NCBI GenBank assembly: GCA_003551645.1
Contig: PUND01000065.1
Location: 1 to 63,590, forward strand
Source of the DNA: Phycisphaerae bacterium
GTDB lineage: Bacteria > Planctomycetota > Phycisphaerae > SM23-33
Length of the DNA stretch: 63,590 nucleotides
Reading direction: 5' to 3'
Shown here: positions 47,576-56,300 of the stretch, in pieces
Numbering within the stretch: the first letter of the stretch is position 1
How the letters are laid out: each line of letters starts with the position of its first letter
The notes under the pieces: generated by a model
What the model was told of the DNA's origin: nothing
Database searches by the model: none
The model's input: the letters and a program-made list of their open reading frames with translations, nothing else
Position numbers and translations under genes: made by a program

Positions 47576-48958
47576 CTACCGCTTCTTCGGTCCGCGGCCG
47601 CGCTTGCGGACTGGTTCATCCCGCTGGAGCGTCGCACGTCGGCGGAGGATGTGGTGGTAATGCTGGGCGAAGCGGTGCGCCTCGTCGCGTACGCTCTGGA
47701 GTATGCGCAGTCCCGGGTCGCGCCGCGGCAGCCGAAGCGGCTCGTCGCGCCCCAGCACGTAAACGACCTCCTCCTGTTTCGCAAGCGACGCCAGCACCGG
47801 CGGGGCAAGCTCCAGCGGTTCGAACGCCTCGTGTGCCGCGGATAGCTGGCCCGGCCCGCCGTCGATGAGGACGATGTCGGGGAAGACCTCCTCGGCCATT
47901 CCGGCGGCCTTGTAGCGACGCCAGACCACCTCGCGGATGGAGGCGTAGTCGTCGTTGCGGTCGTGTGACTTTATCTTGTAGCGGCGGTAGGCGCTCTTGA
48001 GGGGCTTGCCGTCGATGAAGCACACCAGCGACCCGCAGCTTTCGCCGCCGGCGAGGTGGGCGACGTCGATGGCCTCGATGATCCTCGGCTGGCGGCTCAG
48101 ACCGAGCACGTCGGCCAGCCGCTGCAACCCCTCGCCGGGGTCGATGAAGAACGCCTCCGGCTGGACGTGCTCATCGACCAGTCCGCGTTTCTGAAGCCCG
48201 TCCAGCGCCCGCAACTCGTCGCGCAGCTCGGCCGCCCGTTCGTATTCCAGCGCCTCGGCGGCTTCCCGCATCTGCTTTTGCAGCACGCGGCGGAGCTGCG
48301 TGCCCTTGCTTTCCAGGAACTGACGGAAGCTGCGTATCTGGCGGGCGTAGTCGTCCTTGCCCACGCGCGCGGCGCAGGGGGCGGTGCACTGTTTGATGCT
48401 GTGGAGTATGCACGGCCGGAAGTGCCGCCGCGACTCGTCGCCCTCGGAGATATCCAGGTTGCACGTGCGGAACTTGAACACCCGCTGGAGCAGCGGAAGC
48501 GCCGCCCGCAGGTCCGCCACCGAGACGAAAGGCCCGTACAGGCGGGCGTTCTTCGACTTCGGCTCGCGCGTGATGCCCACACGCGGGAAGTCCTCCCGCG
48601 TGGTCACCTGCAGGTAGGGGTAGGTCTTCTCGTCGCGGAGCTGGGCGTTGTAGGGCGGCTGAACGTCCTTTATCAGCCGGCTTTCCCGCAGCAGCGCATC
48701 GACCTCCGACTCGCACTCGATATAGTCCACGTCGGCGGCCTCGCGGGCCATCCTGTCGATGCGGGGTCCCCTGCTGGCCGACAGGTTCGCGCCCGGCTGG
48801 AGATAGCTCGATACCCGCGACCGCAGGTTCGCGGCCTTGCCGATGTACAGCACACGGCCCTCGGCGTCCTTGAACAGATACACCCCGGGCGCCGCCGGCA
48901 ACTCCGCCGCCTTGCCGAGAATCTGTCGCTGAGCTTCATTCCGGTCCGACTCGCTCAT
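47576..48958 (-). CDS. uvrC: Excinuclease ABC subunit C (lacks the C-terminal HhH domain)
   Basis: PGVYLFKD..LYIGKA.NLR.RV (GIY-YIG), UVR domain, IEAIDVAH, YRRYKI, DDYA, LIDGG.GQL and RDEAHRFA. Confidence 0.92.
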   Translation of the reverse strand: MSESDRNEAQRQILGKAAELPAAPGVYLFKDAEGRVLYIGKAANLRSRVSSYLQPGANLSASRGPRIDRMAREAADVDYIECESEVDALLRESRLIKDVQPPYNAQLRDEKTYPYLQVTTREDFPRVGITREPKSKNARLYGPFVSVADLRAALPLLQRVFKFRTCNLDISEGDESRRHFRPCILHSIKQCTAPCAARVGKDDYARQIRSFRQFLESKGTQLRRVLQKQMREAAEALEYERAAELRDELRALDGLQKRGLVDEHVQPEAFFIDPGEGLQRLADVLGLSRQPRIIEAIDVAHLAGGESCGSLVCFIDGKPLKSAYRRYKIKSHDRNDDYASIREVVWRRYKAAGMAEEVFPDIVLIDGGPGQLSAAHEAFEPLELAPPVLASLAKQEEVVYVLGRDEPLRLPRRDPGLRILQSVRDEAHRFAQHYHHILRRRATLQRDEPVRKRGRGPKKR

Positions 48959-49058
48959 ACGGACCATTCTACAGCGCACGACCGTCCCGGCACACAGACA
49001 CACTTAGAGCACAGAGGCACCGAAGACATGCACAGTTGACGGCAAGCCAACCTGAGGA

Positions 49059-49074
49059 ATCCGCGTTCATCCCT
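49059..49074. repeat. Dispersed 16-bp intergenic repeat ATCCGCGTTCATCCCT, copy 2
   Basis: Exact match at 13040-13055. Confidence 0.75.
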
Positions 49075-49076
49075 CC

Positions 49077-50264
49077 TCATTTGAGCAGCTTGCGCAGCTC
49101 GCGGTCGGCGGCCTGTCGCAGTGCGCCGCCCCGGCCGGTGGCTCGCTCGCGCTCGAGCTTGCGGATGAGCCGGTCGATTGCGCCGGCGTCGAGCGGCAGG
49201 TCCACGAACTTGCCGCCGAAGCCGCTGACGTACGCGGCGTTGGAAAGCTCCAGCTCTCCCAGGGCGTCGTCGCCGGTGGCGTAGATGCCCTTGCCGGTCT
49301 GTATCTGCCGGACGAAGCCGCGGACGATCTCCAGGTGTCCGACCTTGCCTCTGCGCGCGGGATAGGTGACGTCGGACCAGGTGGCCTTCTGCTTGCCGCC
49401 GGAGGCGTCCGCTACCGCGTCGGCGGAGGCGCCGGCGTGGATGTGGTCGTGCACGCTCATCCTGAGCTTGCCGAGCCGGAGCTTGTCGTGCTCGATGACC
49501 AGCGTGCCCTTCTCGCCGCAGAAGGTTAGCTGTTCGCCGCCCGGCTCGTGAGCGGTGGATGCGTAGATATAGCCGTTCCTGCCGTCGCCGTAGTCCAGCA
49601 GGATGTTGGCGGTGTCCTCGACCTCGATGTCGTGGTCGCGCGTCGCGAGCAGGGCCACCAGGCGCTTCGGCATCCCGCCTATCCACTGGAACAGGTCCAG
49701 GTGGTGGGGCATCTGGTTTATCAGCACGCCGCCGCCCTCGCCGTCCCAGGTGCCGCGCCACTCGCCGCGGTTGTAGTAGGCCTGGGTCCGGAACCAGTTG
49801 GAGCAGATCATCCGGGTGTGGAATATCTCACCGATCTGCCCGGACTCGACTATCTGCCGGGCCTTTATCATGATTCCGCGCGTGCGGTGCTGGAAGACGG
49901 TGCCCAGTACGCGGTGGCGCTTCTTGCATTCTTTGACCATCGCACGTGCTGGCCCGATGCGGCTTTCCAGCGGCTTCTCGCAGAGGATGTGCAGACCGGC
50001 CCGGGCGGCCATGATGACCTGCGGGCCGTGCAGATAATGCGGCGTGGCTATTATGACCGCGTCGCACAGCCCGGAGTCGTACAACTCGGCCGTGTCGGTG
50101 AAGTGCGGAACGTGGTGCTTATCGCCCGCCTCGGCGGCCTTTTCGGCGTCGATGTCGCAGACGGCCGACAACTCGAAATCCCTGGCATTCGCGCCGGTGA
50201 TATTCCCGGCGTGCCCGTTTCCCATCGCTCCCATGCCGACGATGCCGATGCGAACCTTGCTCAT
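49077..50264 (-). CDS. Gfo/Idh/MocA family oxidoreductase
   Basis: IGIVGMG.MG, AVIIATPH..H, LCEKPL and GGGVLINQ.PH.LD. Confidence 0.95.
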   Translation of the reverse strand: MSKVRIGIVGMGAMGNGHAGNITGANARDFELSAVCDIDAEKAAEAGDKHHVPHFTDTAELYDSGLCDAVIIATPHYLHGPQVIMAARAGLHILCEKPLESRIGPARAMVKECKKRHRVLGTVFQHRTRGIMIKARQIVESGQIGEIFHTRMICSNWFRTQAYYNRGEWRGTWDGEGGGVLINQMPHHLDLFQWIGGMPKRLVALLATRDHDIEVEDTANILLDYGDGRNGYIYASTAHEPGGEQLTFCGEKGTLVIEHDKLRLGKLRMSVHDHIHAGASADAVADASGGKQKATWSDVTYPARRGKVGHLEIVRGFVRQIQTGKGIYATGDDALGELELSNAAYVSGFGGKFVDLPLDAGAIDRLIRKLERERATGRGGALRQAADRELRKLLK

Positions 50265-50366
50265 GGATGCTCTCCTGTTAAAGCGGACAATAACCTATCT
50301 CGACGGGAGCATAGACCCCCGCCGGGCGCATTGCAAGCGGCGGTGCGGCGCACTATAGTTGCGCAC

Positions 50367-51047
50367 ATGCAGAGAGTGCGGGTAAAAATAGAGGGCCTTC
50401 GCGACCCGGCCGAGGCGCTGCAGGTAGCACAGATCGGCGCCGACGCCGTGGGTGTTGTCTTCGCCGAAAGCCCCCGCTGGGTATCGCCGGAACAGGCCCG
50501 GGCGATAGTGGAGGCCCTTCCGTTGTGGGTGGCGACGGTGGGGGTGTTTGTCAATGCCGACGCCGAGTCCATCAACCGCGTGGTCTCCCGTACGGGCATC
50601 GATACTGTTCAACTGCACGGCGACGAGCCGCCGGAACTCGTCGCCGGGATAGACGCCCCGGTCATCAAGGCTTTCCGCATCCGCGACGAGCACTGGCTGG
50701 ACGAGATCCGACGCTGGCTCGACGGTGTCGAAGCCGGTCGACTGGCGGCCGTGGTGCTGGACGCCTACAGTCCGCGAGCGAGGGGCGGCACCGGGGAGGC
50801 GTTCAACTGGCAGGTAGTCGCCGAGGCGCGGGCGGCCGGCGCGATGGCCGGGCTGGATCCGATTGTCCTGGCCGGCGGGCTGACCCCCGGAAACGTCGGC
50901 GGCGCCATCGACCTGGTGCAGCCCTGGGCCGTGGACGTCGCCAGCGGCGTGGAAAAGGCCCCCGGCGTCAAAGACCTCAAAAAGGTCGAGAAGTTCATCC
51001 GCGCCACGAGAGAAGGCGACCAGCTCAAGACGGAATTCTGGTTGTGA
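50367..51047 (+). CDS. trpF: Phosphoribosylanthranilate isomerase
   Basis: GADAVGVVF..SPR.V, VGVFVN, VQLHGDE, VLDAY..GGTG..FNW and LAGGLTP.NV..AI....PWAVDVASGVE. The N-terminal motif is VKIEG rather than VKICG. Confidence 0.93.
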   Translation: MQRVRVKIEGLRDPAEALQVAQIGADAVGVVFAESPRWVSPEQARAIVEALPLWVATVGVFVNADAESINRVVSRTGIDTVQLHGDEPPELVAGIDAPVIKAFRIRDEHWLDEIRRWLDGVEAGRLAAVVLDAYSPRARGGTGEAFNWQVVAEARAAGAMAGLDPIVLAGGLTPGNVGGAIDLVQPWAVDVASGVEKAPGVKDLKKVEKFIRATREGDQLKTEFWL

Positions 51048-51058
51048 AACGGCCCTTG

Positions 51059-51218
51059 GCCACTAGCCACGAACAGCAGAAGCGGAACAAGGAACAAGTA
51101 ACCAGTAACCGGTAACCAGTCGCCGGGCTTGCCGCCACGCAGCCGGAGGCGAAGACGGGAGCCACGAGCCACGACTTATGCCTAGTGGCTAATGGCTAGT
51201 GGCTAGTGGCTCATGGCT
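51059..51218. repeat. Composite 7-bp tandem-repeat element with inverted ends
   Basis: GGAACAA x2, (A/G)GTAACC x3, AGCCACG x2 and CTAGTGG-like x5 (51182-51216). The left CCACTAGCCAC is the reverse complement of GTGGCTAGTGG at 51199-51209. Confidence 0.8.
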
Positions 51219-51257
51219 GAGTTCAAGTTTTCCTCCCCGTTTTGCCGATAAGTCGGC

Positions 51258-51263
51258 TATAAT
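51258..51263 (+). promoter_or_regulatory. Sigma70 -10 box (TATAAT) upstream of the putative 6S RNA
   Basis: A perfect TATAAT about 8 nt before the predicted RNA 5' end; no convincing -35 box at canonical spacing. Confidence 0.45.
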
Positions 51264-51270
51264 CTCACAT

Positions 51271-51443
51271 GAAGAAGTTGCCTCTGCCGTGTTCGACAGG
51301 CGGCCCACAATAAAAGAACCGTTACCCCATTACTCAGGGAAGCGTAGTCCGCGGCGCCGAGGCGTCCGGCAGCTGCCCACTTAGACGAGATTGGGTTCTT
51401 TTCGTCGGCCGTCACCGGCACCTGGCGGAGGCCTTCTTTTTTT
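51271..51443 (+). ncRNA. ssrS: 6S RNA (probable)
   Basis: ~170 nt rod. Pairings: GCCTCTGCC/GGCGGAGGC, GTGTTCG/CGGCAC (the typical 6S closing-stem motif), GGCGGCC/GGCCGTC and AAAAGAACC/GGTTCTTTT. A ~40-nt closing stem is followed by a central bubble and an apical stem (GGGAAGC/GCTGCCC), and the RNA ends in a U-tract. Confidence 0.72.
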
Positions 51444-51658
51444 CACCGCGGGCGGCCCGCCGCGTCGGGCCGCCGGCGCATGCCTTCGGCGGGCAAGGGT
51501 CTTGCAAACACGTCCGCCAAATCCGCATAATACCGCAATCGCGGGATTTGTACGCCGCCGGGTCCGATACGTGCCGCCGCAGTGTGTGGCGGGGTCGGTT
51601 CCGGCCGTGGCCGCGACTGCAACGCCCCAGCGCCGGGGCCTTTCCAACCGGAGTGATT

Positions 51659-54600
51659 ATGAGCTGCTACGTCGGAATCGATATTGGCGCGGTAAGCGCA
51701 ACGGCCGCACTGCTGGACAACGGCGAGAACCCGGTTTCTTTCACTGACGGCGATACGCTGCGTGAGATGTCCGGCTCGCGAGTCGGGCGTGTCTATCTCA
51801 GCAACTACCGCCGCACCCAGGGCAGGCCCATAGCGGCCGCGACCGAACTGCTCGAAGAGGTCATCGCCGCGGTTGGGGCGGAGAACATATCGGGTGTTTG
51901 CCTTACCGGCAGCGGCTCGAAGCTGGCGGCCCGGAAGCTCGAAACCTCCGTCGTCAACGAGTTCAAGGCCCTTGCCACAGGCGTCGCCGCGGCGGGCATC
52001 GAGGCCAACACCGTCTTCGAGATGGGCGGCGAGGCCAGCAAGTACCTCCGTCTGGAGCACCACGACGACGGATCCTGCGGGATAATTGATTACGCCACCA
52101 ACGGCGACTGCGCCGCGGGTACCGGAAGCTTCCTGGACCAGCAGGCCGGGCGACTGAAGTTCAGCGTCGAGGAGATAGGCCCGAATTCGCTGTCGGCCGA
52201 CCGGGCGGCCCAGATTGCCGGACGATGCAGCGTCTTCGCCAAGAGCGACATGATCCACGCCCAGCAGAAGGGCTACGGTCCGGCGGAGGTGCTTCGCGGG
52301 CTTTGCGACGCGGTTGCCCGGAACTTCCGCTCCGCGGTCGTCCGCAGCCATCCGGTCGAGCCGCCGGTTGTGCTGGTCGGCGGGGTGGCGGCCAACGAGG
52401 CGGTCGTCCGCTCCATGCGGGACGCCTTTGAGCTGGATGATACTCAGCTTATCTTGCCGGAAAACTACGCGCACCTGCCGGCGATAGGCGCGGCTGTGAC
52501 GGCCTCGCGGACTGCCGACGCCGCGGACCTCTCGCACATGTCCGACCTGCGGTCGGCCAGCGACACGGCCGCTTCGGACGCATTCCCCACCACCGCCCCG
52601 CTGAGCATGGACCGCGTTGTGCTGCTGCGGGACCAGGTGCTGCCGTATGAGCCGCCGTTCTCTGATGAGCCGATAGACGCCTACCTCGGCCTGGACGTCG
52701 GCAGCGTATCGACAAACCTGGTGGTAATCGATTCCGACGGGCAGGTCATCACCGAAATCTACACGCGCACCCAGGGCAGGCCCATCGAGGTAGTCTCCGA
52801 AGGCCTCAAGCAGATACGCTCCGAATGGGGCGATAAGCTGAATATCCGCGGGGTCGGGACTACCGGTTCGGGGCGCGAGCTTATCGGGATACTGGTCGGC
52901 GCGGACACCATCAACGATGAAATCACCGCCCACAAGACCGGTGCCACCTTCATCGGACACAAGATGCTCGACGGCCGGGTGCCCGACACAATCTTCGAAA
53001 TCGGCGGCCAGGACTCCAAGTTCATCTCGCTTCAGGACGGCATTGTGGTGGATTTCACCATGAACGACGCCTGCGCCGCCGGCACCGGCAGCTTTCTGGA
53101 AGAACGGGCCGAGGAGCTTGGCATCGCGATCAAGGAGGAGTTCGCCAACTTCGCGCTTTCCAGCGAAGCGCCCACCCGCCTCGGCGAGCGGTGCACCGTG
53201 TTCATGGAACGCGACGTGAACAGCTACCTCCAGAAGGGCGCCGAAAAGCCGGACCTGGTCGCGGGGCTGGCGTACTCGGTGGTGTATAACTACATCAACC
53301 GCGTCGTCCGCGGCCGCAAGATTGGCGACAGCATCTATTTCCAGGGCGGCACCGCCTATAACGACTCGGTGGCGGCCGCGTTCGCGGCGGTCTGCGGCAA
53401 GGATATAATCGTGCCGCCGCACAACGGCGTCATGGGCGCCATCGGGGCGGCCCTGCTGGCCCGGGACAAAATGAACGCCGAGATGACGCCCGAGGAGGCC
53501 GCCGCCGTCGGCGGCGAGGGCGGCCAGGGCGGAACTTACCTCGCAGAATCCGACCGCGAACCGGCGAGCAGGACCAGCCAGTTCCGCGGCTACGACCTGT
53601 CGCAGGTCAACTACACGCTCCGGGAGTTCACCTGCAAGGCGTGCTCGAACCACTGCCGTATACAGGAGTTCAACGTCGAGGGCGAGAAGACCTACTGGGG
53701 CGACAAGTGCTCGTCCCGCTACCGCAGCCAGTCCGCCAGCGCCCGTGAGCCGGTGATCGACGACCTGCTGTCTCTGCGTACAGAGCTGCTGCTGGACGAG
53801 TCGCATCTGCCGGAGGTCCCCGAAGGCGCCGCCTCGGTCGGCATACCCATGTGCATGTTCGCCTACGATCAGTTGCCGTTCTGGCGGACCATGCTCGCCC
53901 ACTGCGGGCTGCGGGTGGAGCTGTCCGAGACCACCAACAACAGTATCATCACTCTCGGCGGCGAGACCGCGGTGGCCGAGCCGTGCTTCCCTATCATCGT
54001 CGCTCACGGGCACGTCCGTCGGCTCGTCGAGCGGGACGACCTCGACTGGGTCTTTCTGCCGAACATCGTCTCGCTGCGGACGCGCTGGATGGATACCGAA
54101 AGCCACCTTTGCCCGTGGCATCAGACGTTGCCGTTCGTCTGCCGGCAGGCGCCGGCCATCGCCCCGAACGCGGGCAAACTGCTGGAGCCGATAGTGCATT
54201 TCCGTGAGGGAAAGAAGTTCGTCACGCGCGAGCTTCAGGACTATTTCGCCAGGAAGCTGAATCTGCCGAAGCGGCGGGTGGCTCGTGCCGTCGAAGCCGG
54301 CTTCGAGGCCCAGGAGCGGTTCCGCGGCAAGCTGCTGGCCGCGGGGCAAAAGGCGCTGGACACGCTCGACAGGACCGGCGAGACGGGCATCGTGCTGGTC
54401 GGCCGGCCCTACAACATCCACGACGCCGGCGTGAACCTCTCGGTCGGATACAAACTCCGCAAGACCTACGGCGTCAACGTCATACCGATGGACTTCCTCG
54501 ATACCGAGGCCGTCGATATCCGCGATATCAACGAGAACATGTACTGGCCGCTGGGCCAGCGAATACTCGGCGCCGCCAAGATAGTGGCCGAGCGGCCGAA

Positions 54601-54817
54601 TCTGCATATCATCCACATAACCAACTTCAAGTGCGGGCCGGATTCGTTCGTCAAGCACTTCATCCGACCGGCTGCGGGGCAGAACCCGTTCCTGTCCATC
54701 CAGTTCGACGCACACAGCAACGACGCCGGTATCATGACGCGCTGCGAGGCATACCTCGACAGCAAGGGCGTGCTCCGGCCGTGGCGATCCGAACAACCCG
54801 CCGCGGCTACGGCGTAG
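51659..54817 (+). CDS. Double ASKHA activase + DUF2229-like protein (CoA-substrate activase; PlsA/Ger-like)
   Basis: Two BcrAD/BadFG domains (GIDIG..NGDCAAGTGSFLD..CSVFA; GLDVGS..NDACAAGTGSFLE..CTVF), C..C.N.C, EPCFP, CPW, GRPYN, NFKCGPD and RCEA. Confidence 0.9.
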   Translation: MSCYVGIDIGAVSATAALLDNGENPVSFTDGDTLREMSGSRVGRVYLSNYRRTQGRPIAAATELLEEVIAAVGAENISGVCLTGSGSKLAARKLETSVVNEFKALATGVAAAGIEANTVFEMGGEASKYLRLEHHDDGSCGIIDYATNGDCAAGTGSFLDQQAGRLKFSVEEIGPNSLSADRAAQIAGRCSVFAKSDMIHAQQKGYGPAEVLRGLCDAVARNFRSAVVRSHPVEPPVVLVGGVAANEAVVRSMRDAFELDDTQLILPENYAHLPAIGAAVTASRTADAADLSHMSDLRSASDTAASDAFPTTAPLSMDRVVLLRDQVLPYEPPFSDEPIDAYLGLDVGSVSTNLVVIDSDGQVITEIYTRTQGRPIEVVSEGLKQIRSEWGDKLNIRGVGTTGSGRELIGILVGADTINDEITAHKTGATFIGHKMLDGRVPDTIFEIGGQDSKFISLQDGIVVDFTMNDACAAGTGSFLEERAEELGIAIKEEFANFALSSEAPTRLGERCTVFMERDVNSYLQKGAEKPDLVAGLAYSVVYNYINRVVRGRKIGDSIYFQGGTAYNDSVAAAFAAVCGKDIIVPPHNGVMGAIGAALLARDKMNAEMTPEEAAAVGGEGGQGGTYLAESDREPASRTSQFRGYDLSQVNYTLREFTCKACSNHCRIQEFNVEGEKTYWGDKCSSRYRSQSASAREPVIDDLLSLRTELLLDESHLPEVPEGAASVGIPMCMFAYDQLPFWRTMLAHCGLRVELSETTNNSIITLGGETAVAEPCFPIIVAHGHVRRLVERDDLDWVFLPNIVSLRTRWMDTESHLCPWHQTLPFVCRQAPAIAPNAGKLLEPIVHFREGKKFVTRELQDYFARKLNLPKRRVARAVEAGFEAQERFRGKLLAAGQKALDTLDRTGETGIVLVGRPYNIHDAGVNLSVGYKLRKTYGVNVIPMDFLDTEAVDIRDINENMYWPLGQRILGAAKIVAERPNLHIIHITNFKCGPDSFVKHFIRPAAGQNPFLSIQFDAHSNDAGIMTRCEAYLDSKGVLRPWRSEQPAAATA

Positions 54818-54856
54818 TCATCGGTTAATCGGTTGATTCGTTGATTGGTTGACTGG
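54817..54856. repeat. Five degenerate 8-bp tandem repeats (TTGATTGG-like)
   Basis: GTCATCGG TTAATCGG TTGATTCG TTGATTGG TTGACTGG immediately after the activase stop codon. Confidence 0.75.
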
Positions 54857-55039
54857 TGAAGCTCGGCTGGCAGTTCCGCACTATTAGAACGGCAACGATG
54901 CCTCTGCTCTAGGCATAGTCCGCCCCAATTCGATCGCCAAGCGAAGGCCGGATTGTTCCAGCGAATACCCATTTCGGCTTTTTCTTTTTGTCACTCGGAT
55001 CAGGTCGACAGGCCCTTTCGTCGCCGCTAGAAGAACCCC

Positions 55040-55270
55040 ATGGGCAGACGCCGGGACATAACTGAACGATTGGGTTGGGTCGTGCGTGAGCGCCGGATTG
55101 AGCTAGGCATGTCTCAGGAGCGGTTGGCTGGAACTGCCGGAATAAACAGAAGCTATATCGGTGACATCGAACGAGGGGCTAGAAATCCGGCCTTGGGGAC
55201 GTTGGTCAAGCTTGCGCGTGCATTGGAGCTTGATGTTGCTGAGCTTATTCGTCGGGCAGAGGGGAGTTGA
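55040..55270 (+). CDS. XRE-family HTH regulator, restriction-modification controller (C-protein)-like
   Basis: 76 aa; MSQERLA..AGINRSYIGDIERG.RNP.L..L.KLA.AL. Confidence 0.85.
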   Translation: MGRRRDITERLGWVVRERRIELGMSQERLAGTAGINRSYIGDIERGARNPALGTLVKLARALELDVAELIRRAEGS

Positions 55271-55271
55271 T

Positions 55272-56297
55272 ATGTGCCCCACTGTTTTCGAGTTACTCGA
55301 TGGGCAGGACGACAGAATTGACTACGAGCAGGTTCTGTCAGCATATCCATGGGTTGTTGAGCAGGGACATGACTGCATTGTAAGCCCGGATAGCGACGGA
55401 TTGCTCTGCGGTTTGCTGATGACCAATGCATTGAACTGGCGAGTGCGTGGCTTCTACGATGGCAAGGCCCTTGTCGCCGATCACAGAATTGCTCCATCGG
55501 AATGCGTCTTCCTTGATATGGAGATATTTCGAAGTGGTGTAAGGAGTGTCGGGCACCACATGTTGCTGTACAACAAGAACCAGGTCCCTGGCTCCTGGGG
55601 CCAGTTCAGTGACGCCCTGTCCGTAAACGACCTCCGCAATCGTGACGGACTTCACGATTTCCGTCTTAAGTATCCGTTCGGAACGATACACTTTTTACTG
55701 GCGGTTGTGGCCCGCCAGACGGAAGTACCCTTTGAGCCAACGGCGGTAGCGCCGCTGCTGTTCACGGACGGTACCTACAAGAACCTGTTTGGATATACCG
55801 AAAACTGCCTCAACTGGCTCCGGTATCTGCGCGCCGACGAAAAGCGCAGTCCGCTACGAACCTTATTCTACGAGGATACCTACACGATAGAGAAGCTGAT
55901 GCGCGGAATGAACGACTTCTGGCGCACCAGAGATGAGATCAGCGTGTCCGGCCAGCGCGGCGATAGGGTAGGGATCACGAACCGAGGCGGGCGGGGAGAG
56001 GTTATCAACATGGTCGCCAATGGTGACTGGTTTGACTTCGACGCGCAGGCTAGGGCGAGGGCCGAACGCTTTCTTGAACTTTTGGCCGAGAAAACCGGCT
56101 GGCGATACGAGCGGAGCTGGTGGACCTGGGGCCCTTGGCGGCTTCGGAGGTTCACGAAGAGGGATTTCAAACAGACCAAAAAGAGCGTGCGAGGAGAGAC
56201 CTTTGCCGAAATGCTTGCTTCGGAACCTTTGTCGTTTGCCATGACGTCGAACGACAACTACGAGTATACCCTCGAACAGCCGGACACTTTCGAATAG
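55272..56297 (+). CDS. Hypothetical protein with DHH-phosphoesterase-like motifs
   Basis: SPDSDG, VFLD, GHH and FTDG in DHH motif order. ATG lies 1 nt after the HTH stop codon. Confidence 0.6.
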   Translation: MCPTVFELLDGQDDRIDYEQVLSAYPWVVEQGHDCIVSPDSDGLLCGLLMTNALNWRVRGFYDGKALVADHRIAPSECVFLDMEIFRSGVRSVGHHMLLYNKNQVPGSWGQFSDALSVNDLRNRDGLHDFRLKYPFGTIHFLLAVVARQTEVPFEPTAVAPLLFTDGTYKNLFGYTENCLNWLRYLRADEKRSPLRTLFYEDTYTIEKLMRGMNDFWRTRDEISVSGQRGDRVGITNRGGRGEVINMVANGDWFDFDAQARARAERFLELLAEKTGWRYERSWWTWGPWRLRRFTKRDFKQTKKSVRGETFAEMLASEPLSFAMTSNDNYEYTLEQPDTFE

Positions 56298-56300
56298 GCG

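Noticed and set aside
49548-50366. Long N-terminal extension of the trpF ORF
   Set aside because: It overlaps the opposite-strand Gfo/Idh/MocA gene; TrpF starts at 50367.
51059-51218. CRISPR array
   Set aside because: Units are 7 bp with no unique spacers and there are no cas genes.
51443-54796. 1117-aa minus-strand ORF
   Set aside because: Antisense shadow of the activase gene.
54890-55039. C-box operator upstream of the controller-like gene
   Set aside because: Only a short palindrome (ATGCCT..AGGCAT); no GACT-N-AGTC tandem pattern.
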